NCBI GenBank assembly: GCA_963763175.1
Contig: CAVXOB010000004.1
Location: 27,938-91,937 of the forward strand
DNA from: an uncultured Planctomycetota bacterium
GTDB taxonomy: Bacteria; Planctomycetota; Planctomycetia; Pirellulales; Pirellulaceae
Length of the DNA stretch: 64,000 nucleotides
Direction: 5' to 3'
Numbering within the stretch: the first letter of the stretch is position 1; each line of letters opens with the position of its first letter. Under the pieces are notes generated by a model. The model saw nothing but the letters and a program-made list of their open reading frames with translations, did not search any database and was not told where the DNA came from. Below are positions 39,618-48,776 of this stretch, piece after piece. The position numbers and the translations under genes were made by a program.

Positions 39618-40883
39618 CTATCGCAATAACCGCGAATCCCCTGGTCTCAAAAAATAAACACCCATCATGGAAAGCACTGCAAGTGCCAAAAAGAGGGTGC
39701 CGACTCCCGCCTGCCACCATTGCAGCGACATACGGATCAGTTGATACAAAATTCCCGACATGAGGATCGCTGACCAATTCACCACACTTTGCACCGACAG
39801 CACGCGCCCACGGATCGCTGCGGGAGTTTGCAGCTGGATCAACACGTGGATCGGTAGCACCATCGCCCCCGTCAGAAATCCGAGCAGAAAGAGTATTCCG
39901 GACGTAGTGGCGATGGTAAGTGAGACCTCCATCCAAATCAGAACCGCCAAAGCGAGCTGGCACGCTACCAACGCGATCGCTGTGAACGGTAACCAGCGAA
40001 TCATTGAGAATCTTCGTTCCGCCAATCCCGCGAACCCGCACCCGGCCGCAATACCCGTCACACTCGCGGCCAGCACGAGGCTGGTCGTGGGCGGGGACAG
40101 TTGCAACTGGACGCGGCAGAAAACATTGATGATGGGATGGTAGAGACCGGCGATCAACCACAAGAATCCGTACACCATCATGGCGTCGCGCAGAAGCGGG
40201 CAATCATGGATCGATCTCCAGACTTCGCCCGCTCTCGCGGGGGCCGCGCCGGCGGCGCCGGCGGCGGCGGTCCCGTTCAAGCGGAGCGGCGAAATGGAGT
40301 GTGCCGAGACGACCCCGAACACAGCGACCATAACGAAGCATCCGCCGATTAACCACGGATAGGTTGATTGCCATGCGAGCAATGCGCCCCCGCTGGCGGT
40401 ACCCGCCACGATGGCGGCGTAACCAATCATTTGCATTGATCCGTTGGTGGGCGAGACTCTCGATCGACCTACTAAGTCGAGAATGATGCCGTACTTGGCT
40501 GGCATTAAAAATGTCGACTGCGACGCCATCGCCACTAACAATCCCAGCATCACCCAAACTGGAACCGGGCCGGTTGTAAAAAACGCGACCCCGACGCAGG
40601 CCATGATCGCGATCTCCGCATATTTCGCCCAAATGATGACGGTGCGTCGAGAATGATGATCCGACGTCCGCCCTGCGGGACCGGCTAAAATTAAGAAAGG
40701 TGCCGCGAAGACGGCGATAGCGACGCCCTGTAAGTCGCCGCCCAGTATCGAGATCTCAGCCGGCCGCGAAAGAAGACTCAGCAGAATAATTTGTTTGAGT
40801 GTGTGGTCGTTGAACAGACTCCAAAACTGGGTCGCCAGCAAAGCACGCGTCGACGCCTCCGACTCAAGCACCATCGACCGCAA
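39618..40883 (-). CDS. MFS transporter, LplT-like (lysophospholipid-transporter-like)
   Basis: 421 aa with about 12 TM helices. The N-terminal QFWSLFNDHTLKQIILL resembles the LplT FNDNxFK block. Confidence 0.75.
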   Translation of the reverse strand: MRSMVLESEASTRALLATQFWSLFNDHTLKQIILLSLLSRPAEISILGGDLQGVAIAVFAAPFLILAGPAGRTSDHHSRRTVIIWAKYAEIAIMACVGVAFFTTGPVPVWVMLGLLVAMASQSTFLMPAKYGIILDLVGRSRVSPTNGSMQMIGYAAIVAGTASGGALLAWQSTYPWLIGGCFVMVAVFGVVSAHSISPLRLNGTAAAGAAGAAPARAGEVWRSIHDCPLLRDAMMVYGFLWLIAGLYHPIINVFCRVQLQLSPPTTSLVLAASVTGIAAGCGFAGLAERRFSMIRWLPFTAIALVACQLALAVLIWMEVSLTIATTSGILFLLGFLTGAMVLPIHVLIQLQTPAAIRGRVLSVQSVVNWSAILMSGILYQLIRMSLQWWQAGVGTLFLALAVLSMMGVYFLRPGDSRLLR

Positions 40884-41676
40884 ACCGGATATGCGTAATC
40901 TTCATCACCTCACGTAGAAATCGACCGTAGTGCGGTAGAACCTTCACCAAGCGGTACCATCGCCATCGCTCGACGAACCGGTCGACCAGCGACCATTCGC
41001 TTATAAACTGGAAATTGGGATCCCAACTGGATAGCTCGCGTCCGGAGTGGATTCCCCAGAGAAGCTCCGCCCGAGTCCGACGTAAAATAGGCACCGACTT
41101 TTTGCGCCCAACAATTCCAGGACAGACCGACTGAAACACCAGTTCAGCTCTGGGGAAACGCTGCAGCATCTTCAACAGCAGATCCTTCATGGATGCTTCG
41201 TCGAAATAAAAAAACAATGCTTCTGCCACGATCAGCGTCGGCGCGTCGGCACCCACATCGTCAAACCAAGATGTATCGAACATCGATTTGGAAATGAAGA
41301 CGTTTCGATCCGTCGGGGTGAGAAAACGACGACGCAATTCGATCGAGTCCGGCACGTCCAAGTCATACCAGCGGATTCGACCATTGTCCAAACGCTGGAA
41401 CCGCGCATCCAGACCGGCACCTAAATTGATGACCCGTCCATCGGGATAACGCTCCATGAAATCAGTAACCAGCTCGTCGAACATCACCGTTCGCACGACG
41501 ACATCGTTGCGAAGCGACCAAGCCGCATCGAAGTTAGAGAAATCATAGTCCAACTCCGGCAGGATCTCGACGGCAGCTTGATCATAGAACAGCCGATGCT
41601 CTCGCCTGCTCTCGGTCGCCCGATAATACAACGGGATCAAAAGCGTTTCTTGAATACTTCCAAGTTCAATGCCCAT
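40864..41676 (-). CDS. SAM-dependent O-methyltransferase of the TcmP/leucine-carboxyl-methyltransferase family
   Basis: The start was moved to ATG 41676 (MGIELGSIQETLLIPLYYRATES...). Seen are VINLGAGLDARFQRLD and RWYDLDVPDSIELRR, typical of polyketide O-MTs of the LCM fold. It overlaps the MFS start by 20 nt. Confidence 0.75.
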   Translation of the reverse strand: MGIELGSIQETLLIPLYYRATESRREHRLFYDQAAVEILPELDYDFSNFDAAWSLRNDVVVRTVMFDELVTDFMERYPDGRVINLGAGLDARFQRLDNGRIRWYDLDVPDSIELRRRFLTPTDRNVFISKSMFDTSWFDDVGADAPTLIVAEALFFYFDEASMKDLLLKMLQRFPRAELVFQSVCPGIVGRKKSVPILRRTRAELLWGIHSGRELSSWDPNFQFISEWSLVDRFVERWRWYRLVKVLPHYGRFLREVMKITHIRFAVDGA

Positions 41677-41692
41677 GCCGAAGGCTCCTGGC

Positions 41693-42622
41693 TTACGCGG
41701 TATCGGAAGAGTGCGGCATCGACTTCGTCTCGGTTTTTTCCCGAAATCCATAAACCATTTTGTCGGCGGGAGACGATTGGCTGAAGCCGGTCGCCGTCTC
41801 AAAGCCCTGATTCTTGAGTATCTGTTCTATGTGCCGCATGGCGTCATCGCCGCGGTGCGTTTCTACAACGACTTGGCGAACTCGCAGCCAATCCTCTTGA
41901 CTGACAGCTTCCAAAATTTCGATTTCCGCACCCTCCGCATCGACTTTCAGGTAATCGACGTGGCCAATCGAATGGTCGTTAAGAATGTCGCCGATGGAGG
42001 TCAGTTCGCAACGGACGGTTTCATGCCGACCATGGTGCTTTATTAAGACTTTGGCGACCGCCACACGGACAAAGTGAGGAAGGCAGCCCAGGAACTTTGC
42101 CAGCATACGGTTGGGGTGTTGGTCAAACGCATTGAGCGTGAAATCGATCGCGCGCTGTTTTTGTTCGTCCGAGTCGTCTGGACACATTGTTGAGCTGCAA
42201 CTAAATCGCGGAAGATGTCGGAACTCGTTGACGCTCTTCTCCTTCCATACGCCTTGATTGGTGAGAGTGACCCGGTGTTCGGCTGGGCGAATCAATTGGC
42301 GATTGTGTTGCAAAACTCTGAATGTTTCAGGAATTGGTTCGAAACAGAAATAATTCAAGCGTTCATAATGATCTGTCGCGTAAAGCAGAAATAATCCTAT
42401 ATTGGATCCAATATCAATCACCGTCGCGCCGTCATGAAGGTGCACGTTCAATTGATCGTAAATCTTTTCACGAAATATCTCGTCATAGATCAACCACGTT
42501 TCGGACGCATTCATATGAGCGATCGTGCGACCGTTGGGCAATGTCGTCTGGGGTAGTTCAGAGTGCGATGTCGCAGGTTGTGGAGAGTCGTGAGTCGCGG
42601 CCGTCACTGGGGAAGCGTTCAT
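41693..42622 (-). CDS. FkbM-family methyltransferase
   Basis: 309 aa. Seen are VIDIGSNIGLFLLYA and VDYLKVDAEGAEIEILE. There is an ATGA start/stop overlap with the upstream Rieske gene at 42619-42622. Confidence 0.8.
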   Translation of the reverse strand: MNASPVTAATHDSPQPATSHSELPQTTLPNGRTIAHMNASETWLIYDEIFREKIYDQLNVHLHDGATVIDIGSNIGLFLLYATDHYERLNYFCFEPIPETFRVLQHNRQLIRPAEHRVTLTNQGVWKEKSVNEFRHLPRFSCSSTMCPDDSDEQKQRAIDFTLNAFDQHPNRMLAKFLGCLPHFVRVAVAKVLIKHHGRHETVRCELTSIGDILNDHSIGHVDYLKVDAEGAEIEILEAVSQEDWLRVRQVVVETHRGDDAMRHIEQILKNQGFETATGFSQSSPADKMVYGFREKTETKSMPHSSDTA

Positions 42623-43725
42623 GATGCGGTCATGTGGTTCGCGATGTAGTTTTGAAAATGAAAGATTCGTTCTTCGCGAATCGAGATCACGCCGCCTTGG
42701 GGACGACTGGGTGATCGGATTCCTGCCTGGTTGAGCGACAGGATCGCGACATCTTCATCCTGGATCTGCTTTAGAAATCTTCGGCCCCACCGCCGCGATA
42801 GACACGATAGTCCAGCAGTGTACCACCGGTCTCTTCGCCCGCGATACGCGAATCCCCGTGTGACGACCATGGTTGATTCTGCAGCGATAGGAATGATCGC
42901 CTCCAAATAGGAAAATCCGGCCATGCGAATAAAGGTCAGAGTTGGATACACATGCACGTGTTGATAGGGTTCGCGTTCCAGCTCTAACCACTGATGCGTT
43001 TTCTGATCGAGCCAGCGCGAGACCGCGTCCGGCGCTTCTTGGTCACCAATAAACCGAGTTGATCGTTCTTTGAAATCGTGTTGGCATTGCTCTGGATCAG
43101 GACGACGCACCAGCGTCGCCGCATGAACCGTATCGATATGATAGCTCTCCAGCCCATTCTCAATATATGTCTTCCAGTTGCACGGAATCGACTCTGAATA
43201 GGACATCATGGGAACCCATCGATCATGAAACCATTGATCAATGAGTTCGCCGCGTTCACCAAGGAACTCGCTCAATGGCATGCCGCCATCTGGCAGGGAA
43301 ACGAAGATCAAACCGGCTCGCGTCTCACAGCGAAACTCATGCAAACCCAGTTCACCCTTCTTCAATGGCTTGAAACTAGGCGCGTCTGGAATGCGTTTAG
43401 TTTGGCCCGCGTCGTCATACTCCCACCCGTGGTATTGGCACTTCATTCTCGCCGCATTGCCGCGCGCTTTCTCGGTGAGGGTGCAGAAACGATGCGAACA
43501 CACGTTCAGAAACGCGCGGATGGAATCTTCGCCTCGGCGTACCAGTACCGGTCGGTCGAGGATCATCAAAGTTATAAAATCACCAACTTGTGGTACATCG
43601 GATTGACATCCAACACAGTGCCAGGCCGGTTCCAATAAAACGCGTTTTTCGGCGTTGAAATACTTTTCTGAAACATAGCTGCTTGCATCCAATACCTGCG
43701 GGCTATGTGTCTCACTTAAGAACAT
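42619..43725 (-). CDS. Rieske [2Fe-2S] non-heme-iron oxygenase, alpha-subunit type (paralog 1)
   Basis: The Rieske motif is CSHRFCTLTE...MKCQYHGWEYD. The mononuclear iron motif is NGLESYHIDTVH. The start was set at the Met that aligns with paralog 2 (MFLSETH...); the track start is 43734. Confidence 0.85.
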   Translation of the reverse strand: MFLSETHSPQVLDASSYVSEKYFNAEKRVLLEPAWHCVGCQSDVPQVGDFITLMILDRPVLVRRGEDSIRAFLNVCSHRFCTLTEKARGNAARMKCQYHGWEYDDAGQTKRIPDAPSFKPLKKGELGLHEFRCETRAGLIFVSLPDGGMPLSEFLGERGELIDQWFHDRWVPMMSYSESIPCNWKTYIENGLESYHIDTVHAATLVRRPDPEQCQHDFKERSTRFIGDQEAPDAVSRWLDQKTHQWLELEREPYQHVHVYPTLTFIRMAGFSYLEAIIPIAAESTMVVTRGFAYRGRRDRWYTAGLSCLSRRWGRRFLKQIQDEDVAILSLNQAGIRSPSRPQGGVISIREERIFHFQNYIANHMTAS

Positions 43726-44909
43726 GCTGAACATCCCGCAGTTGGGATTGGAGGAATAGCAGAAGACGTTGGAGAAACCGGTTGAGAATTTTCGCCGTGG
43801 TCCCGATTGGCAGTGCGGTCGAGAATATATTTTTGGAAGTGAAACACGCGTTCTTCACGAATCGATACCAAGCCTCCACTTGGTTGGATCGGTGACTGCA
43901 GCCCGCGCTGGATGCTTGGAAAAATCCGTTCATCTTCGTCGATGACGCGTTGGAACCAACGCCGACCCCATGCCGCTAGCACGAAATTGACGAGTTTGCC
44001 GCGGGCTGTCTGTGGATCAACCGCGTTGCTAAAGAATCGCCATTGGTCGTGAGAGTCGTTTGGCGAATTCGGATACACCGCCTCCATCCAACTGAACATT
44101 CCAAATTTGGCAAAAACTAAATTGGGATAACAATGGAACTGGTGATACGTCGCATCTCCATCGATACCGGCAATTTTCGACGCCCAGCGGGCCAACCGAG
44201 TCAACGGTGTCTCTTCATCCGACGCGACCCCCAGCGAACTGTGTGACGCATCATGAAGTTCGTGCCGACAATCTCCAGCCCTAGGGAAGTTTCCAAACGT
44301 TCCCGAATGGACCTCCGCTAGATGATATCCCTCGAGCGAGTTCTCTAATGACACCTTCCAATTAGCATGATTGTTTCGGCGTGCCGACAATACGAGGCGA
44401 CTACGTTCGGGGAACAGCATTTTGCACAGTTCGTAGCCATCACCTAGGTATTCCCCCAGTGGGGTCGGTTCGGGGTTCAATGATATGAAGATCAATCGCC
44501 CTACAGTCTCGCACCTCAATTTAGTGAGTCCGAGTTGACCGCGGTGAAGCGGTTTGAAGCTTTGAGCGTCTGGGATTCGCTTGGTTTCTCCGGACTTGTC
44601 GTATTCCCAGCCATGATAACGACATTTCAAACGCGCCATATTTCCACAGGCCGCGTCGGTCAGCAAGCTGAAACGATGTGCGCAGACGTTGAGATAGGCG
44701 TGAGGCTGACCCTCGGACCACCAGACTAAGATAGGTCGTTGAAAAAGCTCGGCGGTGAAATAGTCGCCGTGCCCCTTCAATTCCGCGGTGGTTCCAACGC
44801 AGTGCCAGCCGGGCAAAAACAATGCGTCAAGCTCCTTCTGATGTTGTTCCGGGGCGAAATAGGCTTCCGTGGGAAGAAGTTGCGCCAGGTGAGTCTCGCT
44901 GAGGAACAT
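43716..44909 (-). CDS. Rieske [2Fe-2S] non-heme-iron oxygenase, alpha-subunit type (paralog 2)
   Basis: The Rieske motif is CAHRFSLLTD...LKCRYHGWEYD. The iron motif is NSLEGYHLAEVH. It is collinear with paralog 1 from the N-terminus MFLSETH onward. Confidence 0.85.
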   Translation of the reverse strand: MFLSETHLAQLLPTEAYFAPEQHQKELDALFLPGWHCVGTTAELKGHGDYFTAELFQRPILVWWSEGQPHAYLNVCAHRFSLLTDAACGNMARLKCRYHGWEYDKSGETKRIPDAQSFKPLHRGQLGLTKLRCETVGRLIFISLNPEPTPLGEYLGDGYELCKMLFPERSRLVLSARRNNHANWKVSLENSLEGYHLAEVHSGTFGNFPRAGDCRHELHDASHSSLGVASDEETPLTRLARWASKIAGIDGDATYHQFHCYPNLVFAKFGMFSWMEAVYPNSPNDSHDQWRFFSNAVDPQTARGKLVNFVLAAWGRRWFQRVIDEDERIFPSIQRGLQSPIQPSGGLVSIREERVFHFQKYILDRTANRDHGENSQPVSPTSSAIPPIPTAGCSACS

Positions 44910-45070
44910 GGTGCCAATCGCAGGGGGCAGGTCTCGGCAGTCGTCGGTGCCGGGAACACATTCACATTGGGAACTTTAGGATAACTAAATGTGAAATCCA
45001 ATCAAGTCGGGTGGGCGGCCTTTCGTACCGTCATCTACAACAGTGCTGCCGGACCGATTAGATTGCCGAA

Positions 45071-47494
45071 ATGTCCAACCTCCCTCCGCCCCCATCTCCT
45101 CAGTCAACCTCCGCCGGAGAAGGTTCCGCGAGCACGCACGCCCGAGATCCTCGGGAGCTGCGTCGCCGGCGCTATCAATTCCGCTGGTATTTCGGCTTGC
45201 TCGCGGTGATTCTGCTGGCAATTCCTTCGACGGTCTATTCCGCTGCGGCAATCGCGACGATGCGGAACGTGCCGGACCGATGGTTGCCTCCGAGCTTGCC
45301 ACTGAAGCAAGAGTTTCAGGAGTTCTTCGACCGGTTCGGGGTCGTTGATGTCATGTTTATCTCGTGGGCCGATGCAGACCTGGGGGCGGCGGACGTTCGC
45401 GAGGTAACGATGCTGCTGCGGGAGCTTTCCCAAGAGGAGGGCGACGATTCACTGGATCGGTGGGAGCGAGCCTCCGCGACGGAACCGGTCCGCTTGTTCT
45501 GGCAGCGAGCGATGGAAATCTGTGACGGTCAGCGTCCATTTCAGTGGGTCCGTAGCGGTACGGAAGTTCGTGACTCATTGACCCAAATGCCCTTGAATGC
45601 GTCGGACGTCTCAGCCAACCGGCGACTCAGGGGAACCTTTGTCGGTCCCGACGGAAAACAGACATGCGTCTTTGTCTCATTTTCCGAAGCATCGGGCGCG
45701 CACCAGCGAGCTCTCCTGCCATTGATGCGTCAGGCGATCGCGGATTTGATTGATCGACCTATCGATGAGATTGTATTTGTCGGTGGTCCGGTGGATGGTG
45801 CGGCGGTCGATGGAGAAGCGATCAACTCGATTCAAAAGTACACCGTGCCGTCATCGATCATCGCGGCACTGTTGTGCTGGATATGTTTACGTTCAATCTC
45901 TTTGACGTTTACCATCTTGAGTATTGCCACGGTCGGCCAGGGACTGGTCCTCGCTGTAGTGTATTTCAGCGGCACACCGATGAATGCGATTTTGATTGTG
46001 CTTCCGCCACTCGTCTTTGTCCTCACCGTTTCCTCTGGAATTCATTTAAGCAACTACTACTTCGAATTTATTTTAAATCCGAAAACAACCCCCATCGAGG
46101 CGGTTGAGAGGGCGATGCGAATCGGTGTCCCGCCCTGTTTCGCGGCGGCTTTGACGACGGTCATCGGGATGGTGTCTTTGTCGATGGTGCGTCTGCAACC
46201 CGTACAGATGTTCGGAGCAATCGGCTCGATGGGTGTTCTGCTGACCCTGGGTCTACTGATCTTGATGCTACCTGGCGCCATGCTGTTTGCGAAACGTATC
46301 GCTGTTGCACCGGAGATCGGAGCACGAAACCAAGAATTTGGACGACCGGGTCGGTGGCTGCGTCCGACCGCGATTCTGTCTGTATTCGGAGTGCTCTCCT
46401 GCTTCGCGGCGTTGGGCCTGGGGCGACTGACGACCTCCGTCAGCGTCCCAGATATGTTTTTTCCTGAGAGTGAACTGAGACAACAATACGATTGGTATGA
46501 AAAACATGTCGGTGCGACGATGACTGCGGAAGTCCTGATATCATTTGTGGCACCTGACGAAGACGACATGTCCGCTGGCGAAGGAACTCGCCAGCTCCGT
46601 CAGATTCATCAAGTCCAAGCTGCCCTGATGCGATTACCAGAAATCGGTGGAATCCTATCGGCCGCTAATTTCCTACCTGTCCCCTCTCATCGCGGCGGGA
46701 TCGCAGCAACAGTCTCCCGCGCAGCGATTCAATCGCAAGTGACTGACGAAGACTCAGATATTTATACACTCGGATACGTCGATCAATCCAGAGGCGAACG
46801 GACGTGGCGGCTATCCCTGCGCTTATACCAAACCGGCAATCACGACTTTAACAACATCGTGACAAAGATAGTTGACACTGCGGAAAACACGCTGGAGGAG
46901 TCCGATCAGGGTCCGAGCGCGCGAGTCACGATGACGGGTCACCTCGTGATCGTTGAGGGAACTCAAAAGCTTTTATTGAAGGATTTGTTCACGAGTTTTC
47001 TAGCTGCGTTCGGGGTCATTGCTATATTGATCGCGATCTATCTTCGCAGTGTGGTCGGCGGCATGTTGGCGATGATCCCCAACCTCATCCCCACTTTGTT
47101 TTTGTTCGGGGGGATGGGCTGGTTGCGATGGCCTCTGGATATCGGTTCGGTCATGACCGCCTCGGTGGCCCTAGGGATCGCAGTGGATGATTCGGTTCAT
47201 TTGCTCGCCCAGTACCGTCTTGCTCGGCAAAGCACTTCCAGTGGTCGTTCGGCTGCCCTCATTGCCCTGCGGCATTGCGGTTGGGCAATGCTCCAAACGA
47301 CGGTGGTGTGTAGTTTTTCACTGATGATTTACGGTCTCTCTGAATTTGTACCGACACGTCGCTTTGCCTTTTTCATGCTTGGTTTGTTGACGTTGGCATG
47401 GATCGGGGTAGCGACCCTGCTGCCCGCTATCATGGCCACCCGGTGCGGCGACTTTCTAGCGGGTCGCGTGAAGAACGCTGCCGATTCAACTTGA
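45071..47494 (+). CDS. RND-superfamily exporter (HpnN/MmpL-like, 12 TM, two large periplasmic loops)
   Basis: 807 aa built from two homologous TM bundles. The first contains VLPPLVFVLTVSSGIHLSNYY and the second MTASVALGIAVDDSVHLLAQY. It is divergent from the Rieske/MT/MFS operon. Confidence 0.85.
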   Translation: MSNLPPPPSPQSTSAGEGSASTHARDPRELRRRRYQFRWYFGLLAVILLAIPSTVYSAAAIATMRNVPDRWLPPSLPLKQEFQEFFDRFGVVDVMFISWADADLGAADVREVTMLLRELSQEEGDDSLDRWERASATEPVRLFWQRAMEICDGQRPFQWVRSGTEVRDSLTQMPLNASDVSANRRLRGTFVGPDGKQTCVFVSFSEASGAHQRALLPLMRQAIADLIDRPIDEIVFVGGPVDGAAVDGEAINSIQKYTVPSSIIAALLCWICLRSISLTFTILSIATVGQGLVLAVVYFSGTPMNAILIVLPPLVFVLTVSSGIHLSNYYFEFILNPKTTPIEAVERAMRIGVPPCFAAALTTVIGMVSLSMVRLQPVQMFGAIGSMGVLLTLGLLILMLPGAMLFAKRIAVAPEIGARNQEFGRPGRWLRPTAILSVFGVLSCFAALGLGRLTTSVSVPDMFFPESELRQQYDWYEKHVGATMTAEVLISFVAPDEDDMSAGEGTRQLRQIHQVQAALMRLPEIGGILSAANFLPVPSHRGGIAATVSRAAIQSQVTDEDSDIYTLGYVDQSRGERTWRLSLRLYQTGNHDFNNIVTKIVDTAENTLEESDQGPSARVTMTGHLVIVEGTQKLLLKDLFTSFLAAFGVIAILIAIYLRSVVGGMLAMIPNLIPTLFLFGGMGWLRWPLDIGSVMTASVALGIAVDDSVHLLAQYRLARQSTSSGRSAALIALRHCGWAMLQTTVVCSFSLMIYGLSEFVPTRRFAFFMLGLLTLAWIGVATLLPAIMATRCGDFLAGRVKNAADST

Positions 47495-47553
47495 GCCACG
47501 CATAGGCGATCATCGAACCAAAGATTGTTTGATCTAGTGGCGGTGAAGGCGTT

Positions 47554-47576
47554 TGACGCTCTCGCGATGAGCGTCA
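47554..47576. terminator. Hairpin between convergent genes (possible bidirectional terminator)
   Basis: TGACGCTC (47554-47561) pairs with GAGCGTCA (47569-47576) around a 7-nt loop. There is no strong T-tract. Confidence 0.3.
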
Positions 47577-47600
47577 GCAACGATTACAGGACGAGACTCC

Positions 47601-48656
47601 TCATGCGGTCCAGCGTCCTAGCATTCGATCGAGTGAATCGGATGTTTGATAGATCAGTGCTTCTGGGTAATGTGGGTACGGATGAAAGTACTCGAACGTG
47701 ACGTACCCGTCATAGTTGATCTTGTCGAGTTCCTTCATCACGGCTGGCCAGTTCGTGGTGCCATCCAGGAGTGGCCGAAAGGTCTCCAACGAGTAGTCGG
47801 TGCCCTTCTTGGTGAATTCCTTGAAGTGAACGTTCTGGATGCGTTTCCCGAGAATCGGAACCCAGTGCTCGGCAAACTGGAACATCGAGATGTTTCCCGT
47901 GTCGTAGTGAACCTGGACCGCGTCGCTGCCGAAGTCATCAACGAATTCGTTCATTTCCATGGGCGTCATGAGAAACCCATTGAAGAAGATGTTTTCCATG
48001 TTCAAGGAGACACCTGACGATTCTGCTTGACGCACCAATTTCCCGACCGCATCTTTGGCCCGGCGCAAGCAAACATCGTTGGCGACCGGCTCATGATCGT
48101 CACGCCACGGAATGTGAACAGCACCGGGAACCACGAGAAGATTCTGCACCCCCATTTGGCTTGCCGCCTCAGCCATCAAGCCCGCCAACTCGATGCCACG
48201 ATCTCGCTTGGCAGGATCGTTACTTGAAAGGGGGTACGGCCAAAACAAAAAGCTACACAATCCACTGATCTCAATCCCGATTTCATCGGCCATGTGCCTG
48301 ATCGCAGCGAGCTGCTTGGTCGACGCCTGCGGAGAAAGGTCATTTTCGAGATCGTAATTGAGTTCGATACCATCAAAGCCCGCTCGCTTGGCCAGCTCCA
48401 TGCACTCGCGCAGCGTCATGCGATCCGGGTACGGGAACGCCCAGAGATTAATTGATTTTCGAAACGAATACCGCTTCGGCGACTGGCGGCGATCGTCAGT
48501 CGCTGAAGTCTTGCCATGTGAATCGTCCGCCGTGTTTTCGCCCGCACCAACATTCCGGGCGACACCGCCAGCAACGGCTGCGGTCGCGATCCCGCTCAAC
48601 AGAGCCTCACGACGCGACACACCTCGATTCTGTGCAAAGGGTCCATTGATCAACAT
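47601..48656 (-). CDS. Xylose-isomerase-like TIM-barrel protein (sugar phosphate isomerase/epimerase family) with Tat signal
   Basis: 351 aa. The twin-arginine leader is SRREALLSGIATAAVAGG. Other blocks are GFDGIELNYDL and VHYDTGN. Confidence 0.8.
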   Translation of the reverse strand: MLINGPFAQNRGVSRREALLSGIATAAVAGGVARNVGAGENTADDSHGKTSATDDRRQSPKRYSFRKSINLWAFPYPDRMTLRECMELAKRAGFDGIELNYDLENDLSPQASTKQLAAIRHMADEIGIEISGLCSFLFWPYPLSSNDPAKRDRGIELAGLMAEAASQMGVQNLLVVPGAVHIPWRDDHEPVANDVCLRRAKDAVGKLVRQAESSGVSLNMENIFFNGFLMTPMEMNEFVDDFGSDAVQVHYDTGNISMFQFAEHWVPILGKRIQNVHFKEFTKKGTDYSLETFRPLLDGTTNWPAVMKELDKINYDGYVTFEYFHPYPHYPEALIYQTSDSLDRMLGRWTA

Positions 48657-48776
48657 TCAAGTTCTCTCTTCATAAGGTTGTCCGAAGTCAAGCCAGCGCC
48701 GCGGTCAGAACGAGTCACCGTGTCGACGGTTGCTAACTACGCATTTATTCTATGCGATCGATACCCGCTCGGCACG

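Noticed and set aside
39523-40203. 226-aa minus-strand ORF in an alternative frame of the MFS gene, and 40204-40632 (142 aa)
   Set aside because: The MFS frame encodes regular TM helices. The alternative frames are Arg/Gly-rich and not protein-like.
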